Part shown: positions 9,279 to 18,589 of the stretch, in pieces
Numbering within the stretch: position 1 is the first letter of the stretch
Layout of the letters: every line of letters starts with the position of its first letter
From: a virus
Reading direction: 5' to 3' (one strand)
Length of the DNA stretch: 64,000 nucleotides
IMG/VR virus record: IMGVR_UViG_3300029418_000119
Translations under genes and position numbers: made by a program
Notes under the pieces: model-generated
The model's input: the letters and a program-made list of their open reading frames with translations, nothing else
What the model was told of the DNA's origin: nothing
Database searches by the model: none

Positions 9279-11498
9279 ATGCAGATGAGAACACTTTTAC
9301 TGTTCCGTGGAGCACCCGGTTGCGGGAAGTCCACCTATATTAAAGAGCATAATCTTGAGCAGTACGTATTGAGTGTTGATACACTTCGCCTTATGTGCCA
9401 GAGCGCACAGGAAACACCTGATGGGCAGATGGAGATTTCTCAGCAGAATGATGATGTTGTATGGGAGATGCTTTTCAAACTGCTTGAGGTGCGGATGAGC
9501 CATGGCGAGTTTACTGTGATTGATGCAACGAATTCCAAGACGGTCGAAATGAATTGTTATAAGAATCTTGCAAAACAGTATCGTTATCGGATGTATGTTA
9601 TTGATATGACGGACCTTCCGATCGAGGAATGCAAACGAAGAAACGCTCAGAGAGAATGGCTAAAGCGAGTTCCTGAAGCGGCTATTGATAAGATGTACGC
9701 TCGGTTTGCTACTCAAAAAGTTCCTTCTGGCGTGACAGTTCTTCCTTCTACTACGGATGTGATGTCCGATTTGAACTACTGCCCGAATGACTTTAACCAG
9801 TGGAAAAAGATACATATCATCGGTGATATTCATGGCTGCTATACCTGCTTGAGTGAATACCTTGGTGAGATGAAGGACGACGAGCTTTATATCTTCGTTG
9901 GTGATTATCTCGATCGTGGCATCGAAAACGTTGAGGTATTCAAGTTCTTGTGTGATGTTGTAAATAACAACCGCAAGAATGTGATCCTTTTGGAAGGGAA
10001 CCACGAGCATTGGCTGAACAAGTGGGGGCGTGATAAACCGGTTCAAAGTGAAGAGTTTGCAAACTACACTCGTCCGCAGCTCTTTAAAGCCGGTATTGAC
10101 AAGAACACTGCTCGTAAGATCTATTCCAGAGTCGGCCAGTGTGTCTACTTTGAGTATGATGGTAAGCGGTATTTCGTAAGTCACGGTGGTCTGAGCTATC
10201 TTCCTTATTTTCTTCCGTTCGTGTCTGCGGATCAGATGATTAAAGGCGTAGGCCGCTATCCTGATATACTGACCGTGGCTGAGTCTTGGGAAAAGTCGAT
10301 GCCGGATAGCTATATTCAGATCTTCGGCCATCGAAATGTACAGGATGTTCCTATTGATATGGGTCATCGGTGCTACAATCTTGAAGGCAAAATCGAGTTT
10401 GGTGGATATCTTCGTTGTGTGGAGCTTGAACACGGTCAGCCTATCAAATGCGTAGAAACCAAGAATGATGTATTCCGAAAAGAGGAGCCAAAGACTGAAA
10501 CTGCCGTTGAAATGAAAACTGAGTTCGATAACGCAGAACTTGTTAGTAAGATGCGTCAAAGCAAATATGTGTTTGAGAAGCGATTCGGAGATATTTCTTC
10601 TTTCAACTTCTCTCGTGAAGCATTTTATAAGAAGCACTGGGATGAGGTTTCTACCAAAGCAAGAGGGTTGTTCATTAACACAAAGACGAATAAGATTGTA
10701 GCTCGAAGCTATGATAAGTTCTTTGCGGTTGATGAGCGGAATGAAACGAGAATTGGAAACCTACAGAACACTTTGAAGTTCCCGGTGACTGCATATCTAA
10801 AAGAGAACGGATTTCTTGGTATCATTTCGTATGATGCAGAACAGGATGGTCTGTTCATTGCAAGTAAATCCACTCCTGATGGGCCTTTTGCAGATATGTT
10901 CCGAAAGATTCTCATGGATACGACTTCTGATGAAGATCGTAAGAATCTGAAAGAAGTTGCAAAAGAGAATGGCTCCATCATCTTCGAGGTGATTGATCCT
11001 GTGAATGATGCACATATCATCGAATATAAGAAACCGCACATTGTTTTGCTGGATATTATTGCAAATGATATGAATTTCAGTGTAATGGATTATGATGATT
11101 TGAAGCGTGTAGCCGAGAAGTGTCATCTGCAGATTAAGGAGAAGGTTAAAACCTTTGAGAACTGGAGTGAATTCTATCCTTGGTACGAAGAAGTCATGAA
11201 CGAGAACTATCTGCATCATGGTTTTGAACACGTTGAAGGCTTTGTTTTGCGAGACAGCAATAATTTCATGTTTAAGCTGAAGCTTCCGTATTATAAGCAC
11301 TGGAAGTTCTTGCGTGGTGTCATGCAGAGCGTTCAAAAACGTGGCTATTATGAAAATACCGCAAAGTTGTTTACTGCCGAGGATAACCTGTTCTATGGTT
11401 GGATGCGTGAACAACGAGAGAAAGATCAAGAGTCTTTCTGCAAGAAGGGTATTATTCAGCTGCGGAATGAGTTCTACGCAAGTCAGCAGAAGAGCTAA
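9279..11498 (+). CDS. pnkp: polynucleotide kinase-phosphatase-ligase (Pnkp-like RNA repair enzyme)
   Basis: N-terminal P-loop FRGAPGCGKST; central calcineurin-like phosphoesterase motifs GDIHGC / GDYLDRG / GNHE; C-terminal nucleotidyltransferase-ligase-like motifs KARG, HVEGFVLRD, KLKLP. Confidence 0.65.
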   Translation: MQMRTLLLFRGAPGCGKSTYIKEHNLEQYVLSVDTLRLMCQSAQETPDGQMEISQQNDDVVWEMLFKLLEVRMSHGEFTVIDATNSKTVEMNCYKNLAKQYRYRMYVIDMTDLPIEECKRRNAQREWLKRVPEAAIDKMYARFATQKVPSGVTVLPSTTDVMSDLNYCPNDFNQWKKIHIIGDIHGCYTCLSEYLGEMKDDELYIFVGDYLDRGIENVEVFKFLCDVVNNNRKNVILLEGNHEHWLNKWGRDKPVQSEEFANYTRPQLFKAGIDKNTARKIYSRVGQCVYFEYDGKRYFVSHGGLSYLPYFLPFVSADQMIKGVGRYPDILTVAESWEKSMPDSYIQIFGHRNVQDVPIDMGHRCYNLEGKIEFGGYLRCVELEHGQPIKCVETKNDVFRKEEPKTETAVEMKTEFDNAELVSKMRQSKYVFEKRFGDISSFNFSREAFYKKHWDEVSTKARGLFINTKTNKIVARSYDKFFAVDERNETRIGNLQNTLKFPVTAYLKENGFLGIISYDAEQDGLFIASKSTPDGPFADMFRKILMDTTSDEDRKNLKEVAKENGSIIFEVIDPVNDAHIIEYKKPHIVLLDIIANDMNFSVMDYDDLKRVAEKCHLQIKEKVKTFENWSEFYPWYEEVMNENYLHHGFEHVEGFVLRDSNNFMFKLKLPYYKHWKFLRGVMQSVQKRGYYENTAKLFTAEDNLFYGWMREQREKDQESFCKKGIIQLRNEFYASQQKS

Positions 11499-11507
11499 AT
11501 TAAAAAA

Positions 11508-11537
11508 TAGACATTTTATCGTGATTTTCGTTAGAAT
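11508..11537 (+). promoter_or_regulatory. candidate promoter for the tRNA array (TAGACA - 18 nt - TAGAAT)
   Basis: tagacattttatcgtgattttcgttagaat; overlapping direct repeats TATCGTGAT. Confidence 0.4.
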
Positions 11538-11615
11538 AATTAACGAAATATCGTGATATTTCTTCCTCCGAAAATGCCCTGCGCGGGGCTGACAGCCGGG
11601 AAAGACCGGCAATAT

Positions 11616-11700
11616 GGGGATATGGTGAAATTGGCAGCCACGCTTGATTCAAACTCAAGTGTCGAAAGACGTATCGGTTCAAATCCGATTATCCCTACCA
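11616..11700 (+). tRNA. tRNA-Leu (anticodon CAA), CCA encoded
   Basis: Acceptor GGGGATA/TATCCCT, anticodon loop TTCAAAC, long variable arm, T-loop TTCAAAT. Confidence 0.75.
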
Positions 11701-11900
11701 TGAAGATCAGTTGTTCTAGCTCGTTCGGGGATTGGCCGTACATTGGCGACCGGAAAGACGTCATACCGGTAAAGGACGTCAAGCCAGACAAGAAGAGAAA
11801 TAAGGTGTAAGCCGACTAGCTATCGGATAAATACTCTTCGGTTCGCCAGAAAACTAGAATGTAAAACGAATGGTTGGCTGTTTCTGATCTTCTTTTATAT

Positions 11901-11983
11901 GCGCCCGTGGTGGAATCGCAGACACAGGAGACTTAAGATCTTCTGCCAGAGATGGCGTGCGGGTTCAAGTCCCGCCGGGCGCA
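11901..11983 (+). tRNA. tRNA-Leu (anticodon TAA)
   Basis: Acceptor GCGCCCG/CGGGCGC, anticodon loop CTTAAGA, long variable arm, T-loop TTCAAGT. Confidence 0.75.
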
Positions 11984-11990
11984 TTTATAT

Positions 11991-12066
11991 CTGGGCGTAG
12001 CGAAGTTGGCATCGCACCTGTTTTGGGAACAGGGGACCGCAAGTTCAAATCTTGTCGCTCAGACCA
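11991..12066 (+). tRNA. tRNA-Pro (anticodon TGG), CCA encoded
   Basis: Acceptor CTGGGCG/CGCTCAG (one GU), anticodon loop TTTGGGA, T-loop TTCAAAT. Confidence 0.75.
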
Positions 12067-12070
12067 ATTC

Positions 12071-12130
12071 CTATTATTCCCAGCTCCTTAGCAGTAAGGC
12101 AGTAGGATGCTTCTCCAGTAAGCTGGGTAT
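12071..12130 (+). repeat. about 57-nt hairpin element, copy 1 (CTATTATTCCCAGCTC ... CAGTAG ... GTAAGCTGGGT)
   Basis: Shares conserved ends and a central CAGTAG with a copy at 12337-12392; stem CCCAGCT/AGCTGGG. Confidence 0.4.
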
Positions 12131-12134
12131 ATGA

Positions 12135-12205
12135 TGCGCCATCGCCAAGCGGTAAGGCAGAGGACTTTGACTCCTCCATCACAGGTTCGACCCCTGTTGG
12201 CGCAA
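12135..12205 (+). tRNA. tRNA-Gln (anticodon TTG)
   Basis: Acceptor TGCGCCA/TGGCGCA, anticodon loop CTTTGAC, T-loop TTCGACC. Confidence 0.7.
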
Positions 12206-12210
12206 TTTAT

Positions 12211-12292
<82 letters not shown>

Positions 12293-12336
12293 CGGTCATG
12301 AATCGTTGTTGTTCATGGTTGAACTCCTTTGACCAC

Positions 12337-12392
12337 TATTATTCCCAGCTCGCCAGTGATGGTGCAGTAGTGCTTTGTAAGCTGGGTTTTCA
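12337..12392 (+). repeat. about 57-nt hairpin element, copy 2
   Basis: CTATTATTCCCAGCTC...CAGTAG...GTAAGCTGGGT; see copy 1. Confidence 0.4.
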
Positions 12393-12393
12393 T

Positions 12394-12468
12394 GCAGCGG
12401 TCGTACAACGGCTAGTACATCAGCCTTCCAAGCTGAGGATGAGGTTTCGACTACCTTTCGCTGCTCCA
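12394..12468 (+). tRNA. tRNA-Gly (anticodon TCC), CCA encoded
   Basis: Acceptor GCAGCGG/TCGCTGC, discriminator U, anticodon loop CTTCCAA, T-loop TTCGACT. Confidence 0.65.
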
Positions 12469-12649
12469 ATCTTGTATGGGTAGGATCTTTAGCGGTCAGA
12501 TCCGGCCGCGCCTGTGCAAGATACCACCCAGAAAGGGGCTAACGAAATTATCCATGTACGTTATTCTCGGCTCGCTCGAAAGAGTGCAGCGTGCCTTTGC
12601 AAGCCGAGCATCCCAGCCTAGTGATGCCAGTTGCTAGGTTGGTTCTTAT

Positions 12650-12725
12650 GCGACTGTAGTTCAATTGGCAGAGCGTCAGATTTCCAATCTGAATGTTGCG
12701 GGATCGTCCCCCGTCAGTCGCTCCA
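12650..12725 (+). tRNA. tRNA-Gly (anticodon TCC), second copy, CCA encoded
   Basis: Acceptor GCGACTG/CAGTCGC, discriminator U, anticodon loop TTTCCAA, T-loop ATCGTCC. Confidence 0.6.
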
Positions 12726-12952
12726 CACGCAGCCCCTTACGCTGCACCGGTTACTCAGAGCCGAAAGGAACCTATATGTTACGACATGGTTGCCAAGAGT
12801 GATCATATTGGAACGCGACGTAGCTTGGATAGTGAGAATTAAATTCTGAGGTATACGGCTGGATAGCTTAATGGTAAAAGCGCTCGGAAACACCGAGAGA
12901 TGAGGTTCGATTCCTCCGCTGGCATCGCGCCGACGAAAGTCGGCGTTTGCAT

Positions 12953-13029
12953 GGGATAGTAGCTCAGTTGGTCAGAGCTGGCGGCTCATAACCGCTTGGT
13001 CGGGAGTTCGAATCTCTCCTGTCCCACCA
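12953..13029 (+). tRNA. tRNA-Met or Ile2 (anticodon CAT), CCA encoded
   Basis: Acceptor GGGATAG/CTGTCCC, G1-C72 (elongator type), anticodon loop CTCATAA, T-loop TTCGAAT. Confidence 0.75.
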
Positions 13030-13134
13030 GCCCGATAGGGCGTACATAAAACCTGCTAGAACTTTTGTTTTATAGGCGACGAAATAACATGACGTTGATA
13101 CGTCTATTATTTTTTCGCTCATTTTCTGAGTTTT

Positions 13135-13154
13135 AGCTATATAATACAGGATAC
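13135..13154 (+). promoter_or_regulatory. copy of repeated phage promoter motif (agctatataatacaggatac)
   Basis: Followed by RBS AAAAGGAGG and ATG 13166 of the methyltransferase gene. Confidence 0.55.
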
Positions 13155-13165
13155 GAAAAGGAGGA

Positions 13166-14642
13166 ATGAAAACTGAAGCATTACGGAGATATTACACAAC
13201 TTCATGGGTGGCAGATTGAACCGGTTTCCTGTATCACAGGAGGCAGTCCATGCCAAGATTTGAGTCAGGCCGGTAAACGTGAAGGTTTGGCTGGTGAACG
13301 CTCTGGATTGTTCCTTGAAATGATTCGTGTGATTACAGAAATGAGGGAGGCCACTAATGGAGAATATCCAAAATTCGCAATCTGGGAAAATGTCAGAGGA
13401 GCTTTCAGCTCAAGCAAAGGTGAAGACTTCAGATGTGTGTTGGAAAGATTTGCACGCATTGTCGAGCCAGACGTTTCAATTCCTCGACCTTCAGGGAAGA
13501 ACGGAAAGTGGGCAAAATCTGGAGCGATTTCCGGTAATGGATGGTCTATTGCATGGAGATTGTTCGACGCTAAATACTGGGGAGTCGCCCAGCGTCGCCA
13601 GAGAATCGCGCTTGTCATGGATTTTGGAGGACAACGTGCCTCAGAAATTCTATTTGAGCGCACGAGCATGTCAGGGGATTCTTGTGAGAGCATCCCGGCG
13701 TGGAAAACCTTTGCCCGAACTCCTGAAGCAAGCGTTGCTGGATATGATCGAATGGTGGAATCCAGGAACTCTGTCACAGGTGGTGCAGAAAGTGAAGGAA
13801 CAAGAAGGTCTGGAAGAGAAGGAATTGGACGAGTATTGGAGTCAGACCATCGAGAGACTTCGACTCGATGCACAGAACCTGCAGCCTACACTCTAAAAAT
13901 CCGTTCTGGATGTGAAGGTGGCGGTAAAGGCGCTCTGGTTCAAACTGAATTGAGCGCAACGATTTCTACGTTACAAGACCAGACGCTGATTTGCTTGGCA
14001 GAAAATCCCTCTTTACATAATTTAAAACAAAAGATTTCGCCGGTGGTGTTTGAGAGCCACAGTCAAGACGCTCGATACACTCAGCTGAGTGATACAAGTC
14101 CGACTTGTACTGCTCAGTGGGGAACTGGTGGCAATAATATGCCACTGGTCATTGAGAAGAAAGCCTTTGCGATGCAACGCATTGGTGAATACAAGGAAAG
14201 TGAACAGGCTAGTACGATGAAATCTCGTGATTACAAGGACGCTACTGACCTGATTACAGAAAAAGAAACGAAGAATCTACGATGGATTGTTCGCCGTTTG
14301 ACTCCTTTGGAGGATGAACGGCTTCAGGGGTTCCCTGATGGATGGACAGATATCGGTGACTGGATTGATGAGAACGAAAAGAAGCATAAAACTTCTGACG
14401 CAGTTCGTTATAAGGCACTCGGCAATTCAATCGCATTACCGCAATGGTATTGGATTTTTCAGAAGATGAAACCGTATATCGGTGAGAATCCTACTCTTGG
14501 TAGCCTCTTCGATGGGATCGGCGGCTTTCCGTTAGTATTTCAAAGCACATATGGTGAAGGTACTGCCATTTGGGGGTCAGAAATTGATAGCTTTTGCGTT
14601 GCAGTAACTAAGAAGCATTTTCCAGAAAAGCAAAGAGGATAA
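13166..14642 (+). pseudogene. C5-cytosine DNA methyltransferase, circularly permuted motif order and frame-disrupted at homopolymers
   Basis: In-frame motifs in the order III (KHYGDITQL), IV (GGSPCQDLS), VI (ENVRGAF), VIII (QRRQRIALV), TRD, IX (RRLTPLEDERLQGFPDGW), X (YKALGNSIALP), then an internal Met followed by I (LFDGIGGF) and II (SEID), then a stop. ATG 13166 is out of frame by one base at an A4 run (13169-13172). A second +1 shift at a T4 run (13622-13625) brings a protein-like frame-1 segment (YLSARACQGILVRASRRGKPLP) into the gene, ending at a stop at 13894-13896. Confidence 0.6.
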
Positions 14643-14644
14643 AA

Positions 14645-14920
14645 ATGGGAGCTTTTATTGCAAGACAGCCTAACGGTTTGCTGTGTCGGTTTTCTTCGGT
14701 GGTCGATTGTGTCACCGATTACAACATGACCGAAGAAGAATATATCGAGATGTGTGCTGAAAAGGCACGAAAAGAAGCACGAGATGTTCTTGACCATTAT
14801 ATTAAGCCGTTTGAAATGGTTGACAGGTGTTTCTTCCCGAACAACATGACAATCGAAGAACACAAGCGGATTATGAAGGAAATGGAAAAGCCCGTTGACA
14901 AAGCAACTCATATTCCGTAA
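14645..14920 (+). CDS. hypothetical protein
   Basis: ORF immediately downstream of the methyltransferase stop. Confidence 0.35.
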   Translation: MGAFIARQPNGLLCRFSSVVDCVTDYNMTEEEYIEMCAEKARKEARDVLDHYIKPFEMVDRCFFPNNMTIEEHKRIMKEMEKPVDKATHIP

Positions 14921-14964
14921 TAAGAAAATCTCATAAAAGGCTAATTCAAATAAGAGGTGACACG

Positions 14965-15195
14965 ATGAACAGCAAAAGTCCTATCAATGCAACCATAGAC
15001 CCTGGTTCTTTGAGCCTTCCGGCAAGTCCTATCTTCCAGAAGGAAAAGAGTACATATCTTTGTCCGTTCTGTGTAACGAAGCTGGAGAAGCTTGAACCGA
15101 AATGTCCAGAGTGTCAACATAAAATTGATTGGGGTGTGTGGATGGATAAGAATGCAAAGCACAATTATGCATTTGCTGAAAGTGGTGTGTTATGA
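14965..15195 (+). CDS. zinc-ribbon protein, CxxC...CxxCxxxxDW family
   Basis: CPFCVTKLEKLEPKCPECQHKIDW. Confidence 0.4.
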   Translation: MNSKSPINATIDPGSLSLPASPIFQKEKSTYLCPFCVTKLEKLEPKCPECQHKIDWGVWMDKNAKHNYAFAESGVL

Positions 15196-15566
15196 AAGAT
15201 TGGATGCACGCAAAGAAAAAAGAGATTGAGAACATGACTTTTGACCAAGCGAAGGAAATTGTAGAGAAACAAATTCGTCTTGGTAAAGAAGGAGGCCAGT
15301 GGTGCCCTCGTGAGCATTTAACAAAGGCTCTCGAAATTATTCTTTCAAAAGCTGAACTTTATGAGTTTAGAACAGATTACAAAGAGCCTCTTCTCGATGA
15401 CGTTTATAAACGTTATGAGTGCCCGGTTTGTTATTACACACTATCAAATCTTGATAACTTCTGTCCACGTTGCGGACAATTACTTGATTGGCGATTTGTA
15501 AGGCATTATGAGAGAACGATTCGTCCCACGCTTGAAAGACTGCAGAATGGGGAGGTGCAGGGTTGA
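15192..15566 (+). CDS. zinc-ribbon protein, CxxC...CxxCGxxxDW family
   Basis: CPVCYY ... CPRCGQLLDW. Confidence 0.4.
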   Translation: MKDWMHAKKKEIENMTFDQAKEIVEKQIRLGKEGGQWCPREHLTKALEIILSKAELYEFRTDYKEPLLDDVYKRYECPVCYYTLSNLDNFCPRCGQLLDWRFVRHYERTIRPTLERLQNGEVQG

Positions 15567-15841
15567 ATATAGATTTCTTCCAACGGCGCAAGACACAGCT
15601 TGAAGATACGCTTCTTTTGAAAAATCAGGCCATCGATATGCTTGATTATCTAAAGATGCATTGTATCAACAGCGATCAGTATTGTGCCATTCGAGATTAC
15701 ATTGAAGAAGCTGCTAAGATTCTGGAGAGTGACCTCGAATACGCAAACAACAAGCTGCAGTCCGCATTCAGACCTAAGTATGGTCGGAACAACAGATTGA
15801 CTCGTGCTCAATCTAAGATGTTCCGTGATAGAGAATATTAA
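15563..15841 (+). CDS. hypothetical protein
   Basis: ORF translationally coupled to the preceding gene. Confidence 0.3.
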   Translation: MNIDFFQRRKTQLEDTLLLKNQAIDMLDYLKMHCINSDQYCAIRDYIEEAAKILESDLEYANNKLQSAFRPKYGRNNRLTRAQSKMFRDREY

Positions 15842-15858
15842 AAATGGGGTGATGCCGT

Positions 15859-16071
15859 ATGAACACATGTAAGAAAATATGTAACTGGTGTGGTCGTGAA
15901 ATCAAGCCGATAGGTAGCGAGCAGGGAATCAGTTTTGAGCATCAATACTCTTATGGTAGCCAACTTGACGGTTCGCTTTTGAGTTTTGATTTGTGTCCTG
16001 AGTGTTCAGAACGGCTCCCAGTAGTGCTCGGCGCAATGTTTGTACATAATCCCTTAAAGGACGATTTCTAA
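15859..16071 (+). CDS. small zinc-ribbon protein
   Basis: CNWCGRE ... CPECSERL. Confidence 0.3.
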   Translation: MNTCKKICNWCGREIKPIGSEQGISFEHQYSYGSQLDGSLLSFDLCPECSERLPVVLGAMFVHNPLKDDF

Positions 16072-16216
16072 CGGCGAGTGCCGTATGAAATATAAGCCAT
16101 CAATAAGCCAGACGGAGGATAATACATAAAATGAATAGTGCATGAATTGATTTAAGACGATAACAGGAAACATAAGTGATTATCAATGAGACAAAATTAC
16201 ATAAAGGAGACTTGAT

Positions 16217-17320
16217 ATGGCAGATAGAATTTTTAATCTTCCTCAGACCCGTGGTTCTTTTGAGATGGCTGGTAAGGTCACCGGCACTCAGCGTAGTAAC
16301 TTCTATAACGAGAAGGAGACTAAGAGTGGTGCTATGCGCCGTGTCCTGAGTTTTGGCGTTCAGACTTCCAATGAAAACACTTTCTATGTTGATCTGGCTG
16401 GTATGCCTCGTGATAAGGTTTACTTCTTCCGCCGTGCCGATAAGGACAAGGGCATCGAAAAGGATAAGAAGGAAGTCGCTTGGAAGGATCGTTTGACTTA
16501 TGTTGCACCGGAAGGCTACGACATGATTGGCGTTAAGGTCGGTGTTACCAAGAAGACGAATGAGTCTGGTAAGGTCGTCAATGATAACAAGACTCTGACT
16601 GACTTTGATGCAGCCAAGGAGATTTCCGATAACCTGCATGACGGTGATAACGTGTATGTCCGTGGTAACATCGAGTACAGCACTTACAACGGCAAGCACC
16701 AGATTCGCTTTGTTCCTACTCAGGTTTCTCTGAGCTCTAAGGAAATCGACTTTGATACGGAGGGCTTTGAAGAGCTGGCTCTGTTCACTCAGACTATTGT
16801 GTACACTGGTTGCCGTAAGAGCGATGAGGACGATGAAGTAGTTGTCGATGCCAAGATTGTGAACTACAACACCATCGAGGACGCAGAATTCTTCATTGAT
16901 TATAAGGCAAACGCTCAGAATAAGGTTCTGGCTGATTCTATTCGTAAGCGTTTGAAGCCCTATACCAGCTTCGAGTGTTTTGGTCCTATCGTCAATCAGC
17001 AGAAGGTTGAGGAAGTTGAGACTGAGAATATCTGGGGTGGTCCTAATAAGATGAAGCGTCAGAGCACTCCGGCAGTTCGTAAGTTGTATATCGAGGGTGT
17101 TAATCCTGATTCTTTTGATCCGAATCCCGGCGACAAGGATGCGGAGCCAACTTATACTGAGGATAATATCTCTGAGGCGCGGGCAAAGATTGCTGCCAAC
17201 GCTCAGGCTAAGAAGGACTTCGACGGCAAGGCTGCTGAGAACGACACTTCTTGGTGGGGTGGTTCTAACAAGTCTACTGCAACTCCTGTAAACGAGGAAG
17301 AAGATGACTGGGGACTGTAA
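16217..17320 (+). CDS. putative ssDNA-binding protein (OB-fold-like, acidic C-terminal tail)
   Basis: Position next to the Sak4-like ATPase; C-terminal EEEDDWGL acidic tail typical of SSBs. Confidence 0.4.
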   Translation: MADRIFNLPQTRGSFEMAGKVTGTQRSNFYNEKETKSGAMRRVLSFGVQTSNENTFYVDLAGMPRDKVYFFRRADKDKGIEKDKKEVAWKDRLTYVAPEGYDMIGVKVGVTKKTNESGKVVNDNKTLTDFDAAKEISDNLHDGDNVYVRGNIEYSTYNGKHQIRFVPTQVSLSSKEIDFDTEGFEELALFTQTIVYTGCRKSDEDDEVVVDAKIVNYNTIEDAEFFIDYKANAQNKVLADSIRKRLKPYTSFECFGPIVNQQKVEEVETENIWGGPNKMKRQSTPAVRKLYIEGVNPDSFDPNPGDKDAEPTYTEDNISEARAKIAANAQAKKDFDGKAAENDTSWWGGSNKSTATPVNEEEDDWGL

Positions 17321-17331
17321 TTTTTAGCCTT

Positions 17332-17351
17332 AGCTAAGTAACACAGGATAC
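17332..17351 (+). promoter_or_regulatory. copy of repeated phage promoter motif (agctaagtaacacaggatac)
   Basis: Degenerate copy about 90 nt upstream of ORF 17441. Confidence 0.4.
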
Positions 17352-17440
17352 TTATAAAAGAAAAGATTTATCGTATTTACGCCAAAATAAATATCGTAGG
17401 TGCGATAAATAATTTTGATAAAACGGAGGAATTTACATAT

Positions 17441-18589
17441 ATGGCTATGATTCGTAAGGCATCTGCTGTTCGTAAGAAGCTTCATATGCTGATTTATGGT
17501 GAACAGGGAACTGGTAAGTCTCGTACTGCTATGCAGCTGTGCTATCTGAAGAATGCAGACGGTAAGCCGTTCCGTGTTCTGTATTTGGATACCGAGAATG
17601 GTTCTATTGATAATTACACCGAGGAGCTGGAAGCCAATGGTGTGAATCCTGATAATCTGCTGATTGTTTACACCCAGTCTCTGGCAGAAGTTCAGGATTA
17701 TATCAAGATGGTTACCAACGATGAGGACATTGAAGATGAGAATGGGGATGTTTATCTGGATGCAGATGGCAAGCCGTTCCGTGCAGACGCTCTGGTTGTT
17801 GACTCCGCTTCCATCCTCAAGATGACTGCTACCCAGGGCCTCACCGCCTTCTCGCAGAAGCGTGCCAAGGTTAAGGCTGCATCTCAGGGTCTGACCGGTG
17901 ATGAAAAGGCAGTTAAGATTGAGGGTGCTGGCATGGAGCTCAAGGATTTCAATACCCTGAACTTCAAGGGTCAGTCTCTGATTTTGGATCTGAATGCATC
18001 TGGTGTGAACTACATCGTTGTTTGCCGAGAGAAGGACGAGAAGCATACTAAGGTTGTGAATGGTTCTATCGTAAGTGAGCCTACTGGTCGTAAGATTCCT
18101 GATGGGTTTGCTGGTCAGGAGTACAACGTTGATACTGAGTTCCGCCTGTATTTTCAGGATGGTCAGCAGCTCGCTTTCTTCGATAAGGATCGTACCGGTA
18201 TGCATAAGGGCGGTGAGGTCGTTGAGGATCTGACCCTGCTTGAGTATCAGGATATTATCTCTAGTAGCGCAAAGAATCGGGAGAACGTCATCAAAAACGG
18301 CTTAAACGATGCTGTTAAGACTGAGGTTAAGCTGAGTATGCGTGACCTTGGTATCGAAAACGATGAGCCGGGTGATGTTCCGGCAGATAAGAGTTCTGAT
18401 AGTAAAGAGCCTTCTATGGATGACATCAAGGCAAAGCTGAATGACCTGATTGCTTCCGCTTCTCCTATGAAGAAGAGTGCCGCACAGAAGGCTGTTAAGG
18501 CGGCTGGCCTGTCTACCGCATTCCGTTCTATGACTGATATTGAGGAACTGAAGAAGGTTGCCGCAGTCATGGAGAAGGAACTGGCTTAA
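17441..18589 (+). CDS. RecA-fold ATPase, Sak4/AAA_24-like recombination protein
   Basis: Walker A GEQGTGKS, YLDTENGS signature, Walker B LVVDSASI. Confidence 0.6.
   Translation: MAMIRKASAVRKKLHMLIYGEQGTGKSRTAMQLCYLKNADGKPFRVLYLDTENGSIDNYTEELEANGVNPDNLLIVYTQSLAEVQDYIKMVTNDEDIEDENGDVYLDADGKPFRADALVVDSASILKMTATQGLTAFSQKRAKVKAASQGLTGDEKAVKIEGAGMELKDFNTLNFKGQSLILDLNASGVNYIVVCREKDEKHTKVVNGSIVSEPTGRKIPDGFAGQEYNVDTEFRLYFQDGQQLAFFDKDRTGMHKGGEVVEDLTLLEYQDIISSSAKNRENVIKNGLNDAVKTEVKLSMRDLGIENDEPGDVPADKSSDSKEPSMDDIKAKLNDLIASASPMKKSAAQKAVKAAGLSTAFRSMTDIEELKKVAAVMEKELA

Noticed and set aside
13357-13896. 179-aa plus-strand ORF in an alternate frame inside the methyltransferase region
   Set aside because: Not an independent gene. 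Its C-terminal half (YLSARACQGILVRASRRGK...) looks like the real methyltransferase continuation reached by a +1 shift at the T4 run, so it is folded into the frame-disrupted methyltransferase call.
16100-18205. Minus-strand ORFs 16100-16699 and 17330-18205 opposite the SSB-like and Sak4-like genes
   Set aside because: They are antisense to well-supported plus-strand genes in a region where all genes run rightward. The translations are Ile/Leu-rich, typical of antisense AT-rich coding DNA.
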